DNA of 64,000 nt from Azolla caroliniana (taxonomy: Eukaryota; Plantae; Polypodiophyta): NCBI GenBank assembly GCA_043228905.1, contig JBHGNT010000006.1, positions 3,658,001-3,722,000 on the forward strand, given 5' to 3'. The notes beneath the pieces are model-generated. The model made no database searches. It was not told where the DNA came from and was given only the letters and a program-made list of their open reading frames with translations. Numbering within the stretch: position 1 is the first letter of the stretch; each line of letters opens with the position of its first letter. This document shows positions 48,741-62,910 of the stretch, in pieces. The translations under genes were made by a program, and so were the position numbers.

Positions 48741-50289
48741 TGGACAAGCCCCCGATTGATCGGGAAAGGATTGGTTAGTGACCGCCGAGTCGGAAGTTCC
48801 TTCGACTGGCTCAGGGCGTCGGGCAGGTGGCCGAGACCTCGTGGTGCGAGAGGGCGCCGTAACGGCGGCTGGTGGTTACCTTCAACGAAGTTCGCTGTGC
48901 ACTCACAGCTGTAACCGGGCGTGCCAAATTGTGTTACCTGTTCCTTTGGGTGAACACCTTCGATAGATCTGCGTCTATCGGTCTTCAAGGGCGTGGTACG
49001 TGAAGGCTCGTACAGAGGCGTCGAGAGAGATACAGGGCTCAGAGAGAAAACACTAGCGAGGTTTTGATAGACGTGGCGGCGTGAAACTCATAGGTATAGA
49101 TCGAAACACAGACTCATGCAGCAAAATAGGCACAATTAAAATATATTACTATGGCAGAAAAGGATTACAGAACACGGCCTATGGCCGGTGACCTTACGAG
49201 TTTATCTAATTCGAATGACTAAGCTAGTGCTTCCGCCTATAATTTTCTTCTCTCCCTTTCTGAGGTACTGCTCCTTGTTTAAATAACTTTTCCCCTAACA
49301 CACCGCCGAGCCATCGGTGGCCCGTGATACTCGGACTCGGCGTTTGCTAATTTCCTAATTTTACATTTCTGTCCTCTGGACAACACACATTAAACCTATG
49401 GTACAACCCCAAGTGACTGCGAGATCTTCTCCAACGACATCGTTCAATGATCCTATGCTGATGGAAATTGATCAAGCTCGAGCCCAACTCACCACAACCG
49501 AACGACACCATCGATGTACCAATGGGCTATGTTTATACTGCGACACCTCTACCGGATTCATAATGTCTTCCATGCCTCTCTTCTCGAACCTTATCATCCA
49601 TCCACTATTCCTGAAAGACACTCTCCACCTCCACCTCCAATTGAGCTTTCCACAGGTGAGGAGTATGAGGTGAACAAGATTCTGGACTCTCGTTGGCATC
49701 GACGACAACTTCAATACTCAGTCCTATGGAAAGGGTATCCCATTTCAGAGGCAACTTGGGAACCAGCCCAACACTTGGAGAATGCACCGGATGTTGTTCA
49801 TGCATTTCATCACCAATATCCACAAAAACCGGGGAGGCATCTTCAGAGGCGGCCTTAGCAGGGGGATAATGTCATGGACATGACAACAACCATGTCATGA
49901 ATCGAACTCTTGACCTATTATATTTAATCGATATGTTTTAACCAATACATCCGCTACATAATCATGTTACCTTACTAGATTATTGTAGATTATCTATTCT
50001 ACATGTAGGATTTTAGAAGCTTCCAGAAAACTCCAGAAGCTAGAACATTCTAGAAGCTTGTGCATGAAAATGAGTCTTTGCATGGGCTACATTTAGAGCC
50101 CATAAACATGTATAAATACAGTTCACCTTGGCCTTAGTCAAGGTGAACAACACCCGTTACGGAATCATAATTCAATTCTTGTTCTCTTGACTACTTTCTC
50201 CGTCTCTTTCTTATTATCTTGTCTATGATCTCTCTCTCTCACTCTCTTAGTATTGAGCATCGTCTACTTGTTCGTGACAGAAATGGCTA

Positions 50290-51640
50290 CAACAAAGTGC
50301 CAAAGATGGTGCATGTAAGAGCTGCAACTGCGATTCAAAATCGATTGAACATTGCTTATGGTCCTACACATACGCAAATATGATTTGGGAAAGAATTATA
50401 TGCATTTTGTTGGCATGCGGCATGGAAGGTTCGATTTCATTTGGTTATGTTATATGGTGGTATGTGCAAAAGAATGCGTGGATGTATGGAGCGCATGACT
50501 CCTCCTTAGCCCTCATAGTGCATGAACCCACTGGACATGTACAACAATTGGATGTACGCAAATTTGGGAACCAAAACATCGGGACATTTGAAACAGGTAA
50601 TATGTCACATTTTGAGAACTGTACATAAAAAAATGACACAAATTAAGGCAATTCACAAAAAGGGGTGCCGCATGCACAAAGGATTTTTAAAAATGACCCA
50701 AAAATACATTGATTTCTAACATGTACAGAAATTTAGGTGTTAAAAACAATGCCTAAATAATGGACATGCCAAACTTACAAATGAATGTCCAAAATGACTA
50801 ACACCAATATTTATAGAAATTCATGAATCCAAATCTTGATATACAATACAATATTTACAGTTAACGTATTAGAACAATCGTTTTCCAAGTTTATGCCATC
50901 ATCTTCATACCCATCAAATGAACTAGTAGGAGTTTGCATGGATGTATGGAGCGCAAGACTCCTCCTTAGCCCTCATAGTGCATAGAACCCACTGGACATG
51001 TACAACAATTGGATGTACACGAATTTGGGGATCACGCAATCTGTAGAAAAGCATGGTCAATTGTGACATCAATTGGTATGTGGAACATTTGGAAACACAG
51101 ATGTTTCAAATGGTACTTAGGAGAAACACACACAATTGCATATACCATCACAACTATATGGATTGATCTAGTGGTATCCTTGTGTCACAATTTGAAAACC
51201 TATAGGGAGATTTAGAGTCTGATCAAGAGTTGGCATGAGCACAATTTATCTCATTATGGGAAACCACATCATCGGTGGACTTTACATCAAGACATCCAAA
51301 ATGGTGCTTCCAAGCGCCTCATTGGCTCTACGCCCCTACGTAGCAAATCATCCATATTGCTTTCGGTTATATCAATGTCTAACTACCTTCAAAAGCTTGC
51401 TATTTGTGTCTTGATGCTTGTTGAATAATAACAGGCTTTGTTAGGCAGCCATTTGTTGTTATGTGGCCAACGATTGCCCCACCTTTTTTTATCTAAGGTG
51501 TCACACAACGATAACCAAATATATATGAAAGCAACCAGTAAATAGTAGAGTATCTATAGATACTTAGAGTGCACATATCCTAATTTGTATATGTGATTCA
51601 CCTAACTAATGGAAAGCAAATTTTTCTCCGAAAAAAAGAG
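50290..51640 (+). mobile_element. Decayed L1-clade 3' fragment, interrupted, with a ~90-bp duplication (50480-50568 and 50940-51029)
   Basis: AWSIVTSIGMWNIWKHRC, IWIDLV, W.FQAPHWL; ACTAATGGAA and an A tail at ~51606-51637. Confidence 0.65.
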
Positions 51641-52290
51641 AGTGACAACAAATATCACATGCTCCTATGTAACATGTATTGGCATTAGTGGATCGAATAG
51701 CATATTGGCATCTAATGACAGCCAAAAGTCCAAAGAGAGTGTCGGTAAGGTGATGAAATATAATGATTAAGGTGTAAAAGTCTATGGTTTAAAACTAAAC
51801 AAGTAGGAGGTAGAGGTAGTAAAAGCAAAATTTTTAAACCAATGGATGAGTATAAGCTTAGGACAAATATTGTTAGGGAAAATAAAATGAAGTAAAAAAT
51901 AAAAGGCATAAAAAGGATATTGTTCGAAGAGGGGTTGATCTAGGGACCGACATATATGTTTAAAGCTATAAATCTCTTGTCTCAAAATTCACAATATGAT
52001 GTGCTCAACCAATCATCACACTTGGGGCATATTTTATGGCCTTATGTCCTTAAACTTTAACAAACCCCACATGTAGCCCAACCCATGGTATACTATAGTC
52101 ATGAATAATCAATATTAAAAGCCCCAAATATTTAAACCTTGTTTATTTATTATGATTGATGACTTAATGACATCTATATTGTTCCATAAGTTTTTTAGGC
52201 CATCGACTTTTGATGCTAAATACACATTCAATCTCTTTATCATATATTTTTCCATGGATCAATAAAGAATGACTAAAGTCTCCTTTTTTA

Positions 52291-52484
52291 GGGTTTAGGG
52301 TTTCCAAACCGTGCATCCAACAAGGTTACTGCAAGAGATATGGAGTGAAATTGTAGCCAATCTAAAGAGCCAATATGATGGCCTCAAGGGCGGCTCCGAT
52401 GGAGTCGAAAGACAACGAATAGCCTTAATCCAACAATGGTCGTCCTCTCCCTTTCTTGAGTCAGTGGGAAAAATAAGAAGAAGA
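52291..52484 (+). mobile_element. Short retroposed L1 fragment with telomeric repeats at its 5' junction and a 16-bp TSD
   Basis: TSD AAAGTCTCCTTTTTTA at 52275-52290 and 52485-52500. Insert begins GGGTTTAGGGTTT. Encodes EIWSEIVANLKSQYD..QQWSSSPF, similar to 24631-24939 and 63427-63639. Confidence 0.8.
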
Positions 52485-52569
52485 AAAGTCTCCTTTTTTA
52501 TTTTCATGAATGGTGGTTGGCATGAGCCAAGACTTAATTTTAAACCCATAGATATTTCTAGGGGGTAGA

Positions 52570-52615
<46 letters not shown>

Positions 52616-55281
52616 CTTGTGGGAAAGAGCTTTACAAGGATAATAAGTAATAAACATGTGTTTCTTGTTGATGCCCATAGCCTTTGACTAAGTTGGGCAT
52701 TTGGAACCATTTAAAAATCACGCCAAATGGGAGGAACTATTTGGACTAAAGCGTAGGATAGAATATTGGGCGTCAATGCTCACAAAACAAGTTCGATGAA
52801 CCTATCACGAGCAACACTCGTGTAGAAGATTTGATTTGCTTGTGAGTGATAACACCAAGGGCCATAAATAAATAAAGGAAGGATAAGGGTAAGCATGAAC
52901 TCTCCCATAAAGGAAAAGGGAAATTAATAAATATAGAAAATAAAGTGAAACACAAGGGAAATAGGAGGTTTGCAAGTTGTATGCATGCACTATACAAGAA
53001 GGGAAACTAGTAACTCCCAAGTAAACAAAGGAAAATGAAGCAAAAAGCATTGGGAAGAGATGAATGGATTATGAGCACAAAAATACCACATTTAAATTGT
53101 TAGCATGAACTAAAGTCGTGAAAAAATGCACTTAGAACATAAATCAATAGACATTATGAAGCAAGTAGATTGACATAGGAGCTAATACATTGATGTATAA
53201 TTAGGACGTGACTTTAGTGAGGACAATTGAACAAAAATGCAAGGGATGTTATGTTCTTGCACATGGTGGAAAGGATGCAGAGAATTACGGGGTGTCAAAG
53301 AGACACCAAACAAAACTATAACAAGGACAAACAATTGTGCTAGATGCCATGGTGAAGGAAGGATGTTGTAACTCAAACTATCAACCAATTAATATGGATG
53401 AATGCCAAGCCACCACAACCCCAAAGATTTTGTAGAGAAAATAAATTGGCTTCTTGAGTATATATTACAAAGGATCTTGGGATTTTCTAGAGAAGAAAAT
53501 CCCAAGATCCTTTACATTGAGGATGGTAAAAAGACACATATACTCAATAATCGAATTTTTGCAATACAATGCAAACATACATCATGGAAGAGATGATAAA
53601 TACACAAATACATTAACATCTAAGACAATGCTAATTTCAAATCACAAACTCTTAAATCAAGCAAATTGAAGAGATTGGAATCCTCAGGATGGAGCATATA
53701 CCAAAGGTTGAGAAGTGAGATTAGAGGAAAATAATTCTAATGATGAGAGGTATCCTAATAAAGGGTAAGAAGAGTAGGAATGTTCATTTTGTCACTCTAT
53801 TCTCATTTGCAAGAAATATAGCAAAGTCCTTTCTCTAAAAGAAACACTAACAAACTTAAAGTGGGAAATCAATGCTAAGTAAAGGACAAGTATGTATTAA
53901 AGTGAGTGCATAAGAGTAAGTTACACTATTAGCAAGAAATGCTTATACTAAATGGAAATGAAGGAAAAGATCATCTAGATTATGAGAGTGAATTCTTTCG
54001 TATATTGAATAAGCAAGCAACTTACCCACATTAGAAAGGAGGTTAGTGATGAGTGGTAATATATTGCTAAGGGCTTGACTCCCATTGTGTAATAATGGTG
54101 CAACCTCATTTGTATATTGTGGTATAAGATCAAGCTTGTAGTATGGAGGGAGAGTAAGAGCATTGGATGCATCAACTCGAGAAGCTCCATCCCTTAGCAT
54201 TTCCTTGAGGAGCTCCCTTCTTGAGCTTAAAGACTATAATGCAATGCTTTTACATTGATTATCCTTTAGGACATAGTGCCAAATGTATTTGAAGTTTTAC
54301 AACCAAAGACAATGTTAACCAATATACATTTTAAAGCAATATAACGTTTCTTGTTTTTACTAAATATATTGAGATTGAAGATCATTTCATAGTGAAAAAG
54401 CACCCACTTGGGAAATACATTCGAGATATGTGAGTGGTTGGACATGGTAAGAGAATCATCGCTACCCCGACTTGGTTTACATAAGTTCAACATGAAAATA
54501 TCAAGGTTGTGTATATGTGTCCATCATAATAGATGGAAGTCCATAAGTGAAATCATCAATAGGTTACAATTATATGGGTAATGTAATATTACGAGTAAAT
54601 GGAGAATGTATAAGATAATCCTTCATTGTACTTGTTCTTATTTGTATGTGAGAGAGTGATATTGATTGAGATTTAGGGTCAAACATGATGCCATTATTTT
54701 ATCTTTATATTTCGATACTTTATCTTTAGGGATATGGGCTCGTCACTCAATGATTGCCTTTTGGTTTGCAAGACGTTATTTGCAAATAATGCATATGTTA
54801 TTGATTCTTTTATAACATCTTTGATACGTTATTGATACTCATACAACACGTTTCATGCATCATTTCTCAATGAGACAAACTTAGTGGTGTATGTTTTTTC
54901 GCCACAATGCAAAAAGAAAAATCATCGAAACACTTAGACAAAGACCTTTCTTCTGCTTACGATATCATTTCTCAATTGTTTCGCTTTCATCTCATGCTTT
55001 TCACATTTCCTTTGCATGTCTTATTATTAGAAATAGTCGGAGTGGAATATGGCCCTAAGTGTGCAAGATGATGTTTGGAACAAGACAATTTGTATGATGG
55101 GTTGGGTTGCCAAGTTGCCGGCCTCCATAAATCAACAATTAAAAATAAAAGGTGGATAAAATACAAAAAACATCCTTCTAACCACTTGAAAGTTGAAAGT
55201 GTCAAAGTACCATTATATGGTTTCTAAAATATAAATAGTATAATTAGTGTTATGGAAATTTGTGGCTTGATTTTGGGTTTT

Positions 55282-55286
<5 letters not shown>

Positions 55287-55338
<52 letters not shown>
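55287..55338. repeat. (AG)n microsatellite
   Basis: Perfect AG run. Confidence 0.95.
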
Positions 55339-55344
<6 letters not shown>

Positions 55345-56136
55345 TACAATAGGATTTCACCTCATACAATTCAGTTGTTACACTAATATATTTAAGCTTA
55401 GATAATTGTTTAAATGAGTCAACACACAATTGTGATAATAGATTAATTATACTACATAAGGATTTGTAGTTATGCCATGATATCTAAACAAAGTAATTTG
55501 TGCACGTATATAATTTTTTCTCTAAGTACGCCAAAAACTCTCTTTCATGACATTTAAACAAAGTAATTCGTGTGTGTATATACTTGTTTTCTAAGTATAA
55601 TTGTTTCTCTAAGTATGCCAACAAACTTTCTTTAATGACAATCTAGATAGATACAAAATATTTGTTAAACAAGGCATATTGTAATGCTTAAAAAACCAAT
55701 AATTGGTTGTTTTTGGTATATATGAGGATTAGAGGACTACTGTTGATCTATGAAGTAAAATCTAAGCTTGTTTTTGTCACAATTGGAGTGCCCTCTAAGC
55801 AAGCAAAAAGATGAGAGGGTCAGAGGCATGTGCAAATAAAGTTTTAAAGGTGTGAACTTTTGATTTGACTAATGTAAGAATTGCTAGATGGAGTGAACTC
55901 CTTGCTACATTCACTTCACATGTGTCCTAAATGGAAGGAGAAACATTTTCGTTATTAAAACCTAACAATTAACCAATGGCACCCTAAATAACAATCCCAT
56001 TTTCGAATGCAATGTTCACATGTTTAGACACATAACACTAACATAACCAAGTCATTTGGCTATAAACATAAAGTATACCCATTTTGATATGTATCATAAC
56101 TAGAAACCCTACCTTTTTCTACTCTAGAGTTCAGAC

Positions 56137-56295
56137 AATGTAATTACATCATGGAATGCAATGATGATAGAGCTTATAGAACATGGATGTTTCGATGAAA
56201 CACTAACTTGTTTTCACATGTTGGAGATTGACAGTATGGTTCCCGATTCTACCACCTTTATATGTGGTCTCCTAGCTTGTTGTAGCAAAGGTGTT
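56137..56295 (+). pseudogene. Isolated pentatricopeptide-repeat (PPR) gene fragment
   Basis: VITSWNAMMIELIEHGCFDETLTCFHMLEIDSMVPDSTTFICGLLAC is one PLS-type PPR motif, with no flanking ORF. Confidence 0.65.
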
Positions 56296-57117
56296 ATGGA
56301 TTATAATTATCCTTATCTTGTCAAATGCCATCACTTATATTTGGTCCTTTCTTTGATGATATATACTTGTGGAGAGGAAACAAACATTATATACTATTTG
56401 TATAATGCCTCTGGCCTTTTTAATTTTAATCCCAATGGAGCATATTTTGTATGAAAAAAAATTTACACCAAAATACTCCAACACTCCTATGGTTTCGAGG
56501 ATGAGGAGTGTTTATGTACTTTATGTTGTAGTGGAGTATTTGTCAATACTCAACGAGTTTGGGGGTATTCGATGTCCATATCTGAGAATACCCACGACAT
56601 GCAGACCTTGCTAATATGGTAGATTTTTTCGGATGCTTTTCCATGTGCAATGTGCAATGTGTGACGTGGGATGAGATCAGTGGTAGGCTCAAGGAAAACA
56701 CACGTGAGAGAGAGAGAGAGAGAGAGAGTGGACAAAAGCACATACAATATTATGATGCATGAGTGCATTGCCTGGATGAGGTGCTTGGCAATAGAGTGGA
56801 TGACACTAGATAGCAATAGGTGTGTGTGTGCATGCGAGTTTCGGTGTTGATGTGGGATCCATGCGACGCCGCACATTCCCTCTCTACAAGAAAATGAGCA
56901 TAGATAGAGAGACACACACGAACACACACACACACACACACACAGAGTGAGATGGAGATAACAATCCGATGACACGAGAAGGTTGTGCATTCAAACCCTA
57001 CATTCCACAGTGCCATGTAAAGTAAGTAAATAAAGGATAAAAAAAGTGTGATAATTGAGGCTTGAACCCAAGGCCTTAGGGTTTGTTTGGGTAAAAGGTA
57101 TGTATGTACTTACAAAA

Positions 57118-57122
<5 letters not shown>

Positions 57123-57166
<44 letters not shown>
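57123..57166. repeat. (AG)n microsatellite, with further (AC)n and (GAA)n tracts upstream of the EF-hand gene
   Basis: Perfect AG run; (CA)n at ~56922-56944; (GAA)n at 57280-57340. Confidence 0.9.
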
Positions 57167-57172
<6 letters not shown>

Positions 57173-57413
57173 ACTCCTTCTCCAATGTATGATCACAAAA
57201 AAGCAAGGATTTAATAATAAGAGTTGCAATATTATGTATATGAAGTAAATAAATAAATATAAATACATAATGCAGGAATGGAAGAAGAAGAAGAAGAAGA
57301 AGAAGAAGAAACAGGGGAATTGAAGAAGAAGAAGAAGAAACAGGGATTATCTTCTTCATTCGTTAGGTCACCTGAAATACTCGAGGCAATCTTCTTACAG
57401 CTCTTTTGGAGCC

Positions 57414-60050
57414 ATGGGCAACATCAATCGTAAGTCCTCTCCATCTCATCATTTCTCGTCGCCAATGCATCTGTCTCTGTCGCCATTTCCCTCTTGTCAA
57501 TGAATTGCATGTGTCCATATTTCTTTCTTTCTTTGGTTTCCTTCTTAGCTTTCTACGTCTTTCTCTGTTTTTTTCCTGATTCGGTTCCTGCCTCTTGTTT
57601 TCATCCGGAGGAAAAATATTAAGATTAAGTAACTGTTGTCATGCTCAGTTCAAGTTTTCCGGATTTTGTTGATGATGTAAATCTTATCGTGTCCTTAGCA
57701 CATAGTCAGTATTTTTTTTAAAACCAAAATGTTGTGTCATTAGCCAAAATCATTTGTATTTTTTATCAAAATGTTTTGTGTTTCTAGCCAAAAATATCAT
57801 GCCATTTGGTGAAAATTTCAGTAAATTTTCAAAATGTTTCTTTATTTTTAAGCAAGGTATGGCATTGGCCGATGGTAAATGGACCAAACACTTTCTAAGA
57901 AAGATTATTTATCGAAAACAAAGCCTTGTGTCTTTAACCAAAAATATTTTGTTTGCAAATTTCGTGCTTATAGCAATATGTTCTCTTTCTGTGGTACAAC
58001 TAGTGTTTCCAGAAAACTTCACTATTTTTTGCAGACGATTATTTATCAGAAACAAAGCCTCGTGTTTTTGGCCGAAAACATTTAGTTTGCAAATTTTGTG
58101 CTTATATCAATATGTTCTCTTTCTGTGGTACAACTAGTGTTTCCAGAAAATTCTTGTGTACCGTTCAGAACATCCAGTTTCCTTCTATGAGATGTGTGTA
58201 TTTGCAAAGAGAAACTCATTATGTTTGGGCAGTTGGACTTGTTATGCATTGCCATGTCCATAGTGCCCCCATGACATGAGTAGTGATTATGAATGCATAA
58301 ATGAAGATGTGATGTGTGTGCCATCCACTTTCACTTTGATGCAGCAAAAGAATTCAAGGATAAACAGATAAAGAGCATCGTGGACCGTGTTTATGACTAC
58401 TTTACCGGCCACAGTGCGAGAGATTACCTGACCTCCCAGGAGCTTTACACTGCTGTCCTGTTGGTTTACAAGTAAGAAAGCTGTCTTTTGTATGTTTATT
58501 CGTTTAGTCATTATTTCGTATGTTTCATGAAATAAATAAAATGTTATTTTCCAGCTTAATAATTTCATTCCCACACCTTAAATATAAGCAATAGAAATTA
58601 GAAAGAATGGCTTAGATTTCCTGAAACTAGTTGAGTCAATCATTTCTATATCGGTAGCATCAAGGACTCATGATTTTTAATGAAGGGAGAAATAATTAAT
58701 TATGGGAGTTAATATAGTCTGTACGGATGATATTATTTCTTATTACGTCATGATTAGCCGGAGCAAGAAATGTATTTGTAATTCAGTACCATTCACCGTG
58801 CAATTTAAGCTCACTCTCCTTGATATAAAACCCATTATTTGTTTTTCACAAGGATGTTTGAAATGATTTCTTTACTTGATTCATATGGCCATGCTTCTGT
58901 TCATCTAGTCTTATATTCATATAAACATGTAATCATGAGGTGATAGAGGTGGAAACTTGAAAGTTACTGATGTAAATACAACTTCATAATCAAGATGATG
59001 CAATTTTCTTGAATGAATTTGTTCTACTGTTTTCCGGATTTGCAAATCTTATATGAGCCTGGTTTTTTTGGACATACGGAAATGATTACTCTGATATTAT
59101 TTTGTTATTCTGCAGTGATATGAACAAGCATATTCCGGGGCCTCACTATGATCCACCAACAAAGGAGGAGGTCGAAGAGATGCTGAAGGTCAGTGAGTCT
59201 TTGTTAGGTTCTGTAATGCTTATATGGTGAAAGGTATTGAAGTACACATTCCTATGACAATTTATTGAATATTTTCTTACTATATATGAAAGCATTTGCA
59301 AAGAAATTTAAACATTGAAATGTGAGTTTGTGTGATGTGCTTTCCCCTTGGAACAAAATGGATGTTTTATATTCCTGGTGGAAAACAAGTTATTCTGAAA
59401 ACTATGGTTTCAAGATGGATGAATACATTGGTATGATCAAGATTTTTACACAGTTGTAGTACCATTCGTTTGCAAAGACATTTAAACATTGAAATGTGAG
59501 TTTGTGTGATGTGCTTTCTCCTGAGAATGAAATGGATGTTTTATTTTCCCAGAGGAAAACAAGTTTTTCTGAAAACTATGGTTTCAAGATGGATGAATAC
59601 ATTGGTATGATCAAGATTTTTACACAGTAGTAGTACCATTCATGGAAATAAGCACAACTCTTTGAGTTTGGTTGGCTGCATCAGTGCTGCCTACTCTTCG
59701 TATTTAATTGGAACAAATTTGCCTGCACATCTCAAACATACTTTAAATGCATTTTTATATCGCTGTGTGGTTTTGTGTTTCAGACATTTGATACGAACAA
59801 TAATGATATGCTGGACAGAGATGAATTCACAGCATTTATTCGGAAATTTTCATCTGAAGTGGTACAGAAAGTGGAAAAGAATCTTCTGATATTCTTGATA
59901 GCAGCCCCCACCTTAGCATTTGCGACAAAACGCGCTACTGAAGACGTACCTCATGTGGGAAAAATAGTGAAGAAGATCCCAAATGGAATATATGCAAGTA
60001 TTGTTACAGCTTTCATTCTGTTGATTCAGAAGACAACCGCAAACAGTTAG
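57414..60050 (+). CDS. Plant calcium-binding EF-hand family protein (160 aa, 4 exons, probable N-myristoylation)
   Basis: Exons 57414-57429, 58345-58471, 59116-59188 and 59784-60050 are GT-AG and in phase, 483 nt in total. MGNINP..ELYTAVLLVYNDMNKHIPGPHYDPPTKEEV..FDTNNNDMLDRDEF (EF loop)..APTLAFATKRATEDVPHVGKIV. Confidence 0.92.
57903..58151. repeat. Intronic tandem duplication, ~133-bp period
   Basis: gattatttatc...caactagtgtttccagaaaa occurs twice. Confidence 0.85.
59295..59641. repeat. Intronic tandem duplication, ~175-bp period
   Basis: tttgcaaaga.atttaaacattgaaatgtgag...gtagtaccattc occurs twice. Confidence 0.9.
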
Positions 60051-62579
60051 TGTCAAGGATTAACATATGTTGAATGTAGAACCTATATATTCATTTGAAC
60101 AGAAGCTAGTTCTCTCAATGTGACCGATTTAAGGCCTGAGGTGGTATTTTCTGTTATAGTCCTTTCATAACGCCGAAGAAAACTATGTATTATGATTTGT
60201 AAACTACCAATCGGTCATTTAATAAGATTTGTTGTATGACATGTGACATGGAAATTTGAATTAGTTTCTGTTTCTGAAAACTAACCAAATACATGGCATC
60301 CAAGGTATCACAAATCTACAGATATGTGCGAGCAATGAGTAAATTTAGATGGACTACATGCTACTGCTGGACCTATTTAGATGCACTTTCTGATTTGGGG
60401 TGCTATTTATATTTTAGGAGAATGAGTGAGATTTTGGACAATTTTTCAGAGGCAGAATATGTTAAGGATGGGCAAGGTTGATTTTGATCATGACATGTAC
60501 AAATATGCAGGAATGCATCAGATTGAGTTGCGAGTAATGACCTGTGAATGATATGTGGATGATGTGATTATGTTTTTTTGGCCATCTTAAGAAATGCACA
60601 AAGCAGCCTCAAGGTAACAAACAATGCACTATGACATGCATGTCCAAGTTCATTTATCATCGTATAATGGGTCTCCATGCATCCATATCTGTAAGAGATT
60701 CATTAGATGACTCGGGCATACATTGCTAGGTATCTATTAACAAAACAATGGACACAACTCCTTGAACGAGAGTGTATTATTAGGCCATGACCATCAAAAC
60801 ATTGGATCTAGGTTCAATGTATGTACATTGTTATCCTTAGTAATGTCAAAAGAAATTTTAGATTAAATGACGATGTATAAGAAACATATCAAATTTGCCA
60901 TCAAGGAACACTTGATGTTCTCCCAATGAAAGTCACTAACATTGAACAAGAATGTGTAAGCATTAGGCCACAACTAAGACGAACCAAACAACACGACAAT
61001 GAAATGGCATATTGAGCCTTCTCACTTAGTTTTAGTAACATAAAACTCATATTGGAAGTCTAAAATTGCTATGAGATGGTCAAATGTACAATTTTTTTGA
61101 GATTCCTTGAAGAAAAGCTTTGGGATGCTCAACGCTATGCTATGCAATACCCGTATACTTTTCAAAATTTTAAAACATGCTAAAAGTAACATAATATTAT
61201 TAGTAATAAACTTTATATGGGTAACTATATTCTATGTTGATAAATGTGAACATTAAGACCATTCAAATGAAAACACTTGAATGACGATCTTGAATGATTG
61301 ACGCCTTCATAATCACTTAAATATATGTATATACGCATATGAAAGAAGGTTTATTCACAAAAAAAACGTGCTAGATCATTAGTCAACACTATCATTTACT
61401 ACATTCATTATAATAGTAATGGTTCTCATTATTATTATGTTGTCATCAACCTTAGAACCTTAGTGACAGAAAAATCTACTATGTAGTATTTCATGATATG
61501 TTTTCATGAGTAAGTTCGTCTCAAAGTATGATGGCTAAATGTGCATCACTACTTGCTCCACCATAAATAAGGAAAATACTTGACAATGATGAGATTCTTG
61601 TGGTAATTGAACTTTTTACCATCTGAGCATCCCATAGTTACACAGTTCATAGAAAATGATCAATGAATCATCCCCAAAACTTTGCCTTGGTCAAACTTTC
61701 ACCACATTGGCCAAATAACTCCCACATAATGGTTTAAAAATTGTAGGCATGAGCACAATGAGCATGTTATGAGGTGGACATGATATATGAAAATAACTGG
61801 TTTTTGGCATTAATGCTTTGACAACACATTTCTTTATATGTGTATAGAAGTAAATATTAATATTAGGTTCTTGCTTGGTGAACGTAATAGAAATACAAAC
61901 AAAAAAGAGTGTATATACAAACATGATTATTAGAAGCCACCTTGTATAGTCAGTTTGAAAGGATATGTATGTAGTCTCATATTCTTGAACTTGGTCGGAG
62001 GGTTATTCCTTGATTTATGTATAAGCCACCTTGTATAGTCTTTCTTTAATAATCTCTCCTAGCTAATGGGAAATTAGCTTCTTTTTAGAAAAAAAATCAT
62101 GATGATTAGAAGGTGTATAATAATTTTTAGTCATGATGATATATATTGCTTGACAAATGGAAAATTTATTGTATGGATTCTTTGTAGCCTTTGGGCATCT
62201 TTTAATTGATGCCACGATGAATCTTGACTTTAAAAAAATGGAAAATTGGTATGAATAGGTAACACTTATTGCTAGTGCTAACTTACAAGTGAATCTAAAA
62301 TACAAATCAACACATTAATCGAGAGACACCTCTTTGTGACACAAAAGGATCACAAACTTGTCGAGCTACATTCATTGATTTCTAAAGCGTACAATTTGAA
62401 TCTAAAATATTTAAGTATGTTGTCATTGAATTCGTACACATAAACAAGAACACTCATGTTTGAATGAGTACAACCCATTGCTAACATCTAAAACATAGAA
62501 CATTCACAACATTATTACCTTGCTTGATGACATTGGATTTGCAAAAAAATACAAACGATCAAAATTACTCATTAAAGCA

Positions 62580-62910
62580 ATAATGCATGGAACGTCTATT
62601 TTACACAAAACCTTTGTTGAAAGTTTCACATGAGTTTCTAAATGAAAACAAACTTTCAAGAGAAACCATATTAAAAATTTTAATGACTTACGTAATCAAC
62701 AATGCATAATGTTTATTCAAAAATTGTTGAAAGTTTCACACAAGTTTTTATGTGAAAATAAACTTTCAAGAGAAAAGATATTCAAGTTTTTATGACTTAC
62801 TAAGGCAAAAATGCATGGAGCGTCTATCTTATATTATCTTTGTTGAAAGTTTCACACGAGTTTCTTCATGAAAACAAAATTTCAAGAGAAAACATCTTAA
62901 AGTTTTTAGA
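62580..62910. repeat. Diverged tandem repeat, ~110-115 bp x3
   Basis: tgttgaaagtttcaca..agttt...tttcaagagaaa at ~62615, 62725 and 62841. Confidence 0.8.

Larger units (their letters stand above)
39245..49385 (-). mobile_element. Full-length non-chromovirus Ty3/gypsy (Athila/Tat-like) element with an extra 3' ORF
   Basis: 454-bp LTRs at 39245-39698 and 48932-49385, ~6 differences by eye. TSD CACGT/CACAT (39240-39244, 49386-49390). PBS TGGCACGCCCGGT at 48926-48914. Confidence 0.93.
38277..50279 (+). mobile_element. Internally deleted chromovirus (Tcn1/Tf1-sushi-like) LTR element hosting a nested gypsy
   Basis: LTRs at 38277-38684 and 49870-50279 (TGTCA...TGACA). TSD GAAAT at 38272-38276 and 50280-50284. 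PPT AGGGGGATAA. gag pieces PDKFDGTR..FRGFINQ and MEID..GLCLYC. Chromodomain HNVFHASLLEPY..EEYEVNKILDSR..WKGYPISEATWEP. No RT. Confidence 0.92.

Noticed and set aside
39637-48966. Numerous + strand ORFs across the gypsy element
   Set aside because: Antisense shadows of GC-rich minus-strand coding sequence with no recognisable motifs.
56543-57359. ORFs with SLSLSL, CVCVCV or LLLL runs (also near 19612, 20190 and 27971)
   Set aside because: Microsatellite translations.
60800-61750. Possible hAT transposase remnant (RW-like motif near 61075)
   Set aside because: Only a weak motif, with no ORF, TIR or TSD support.
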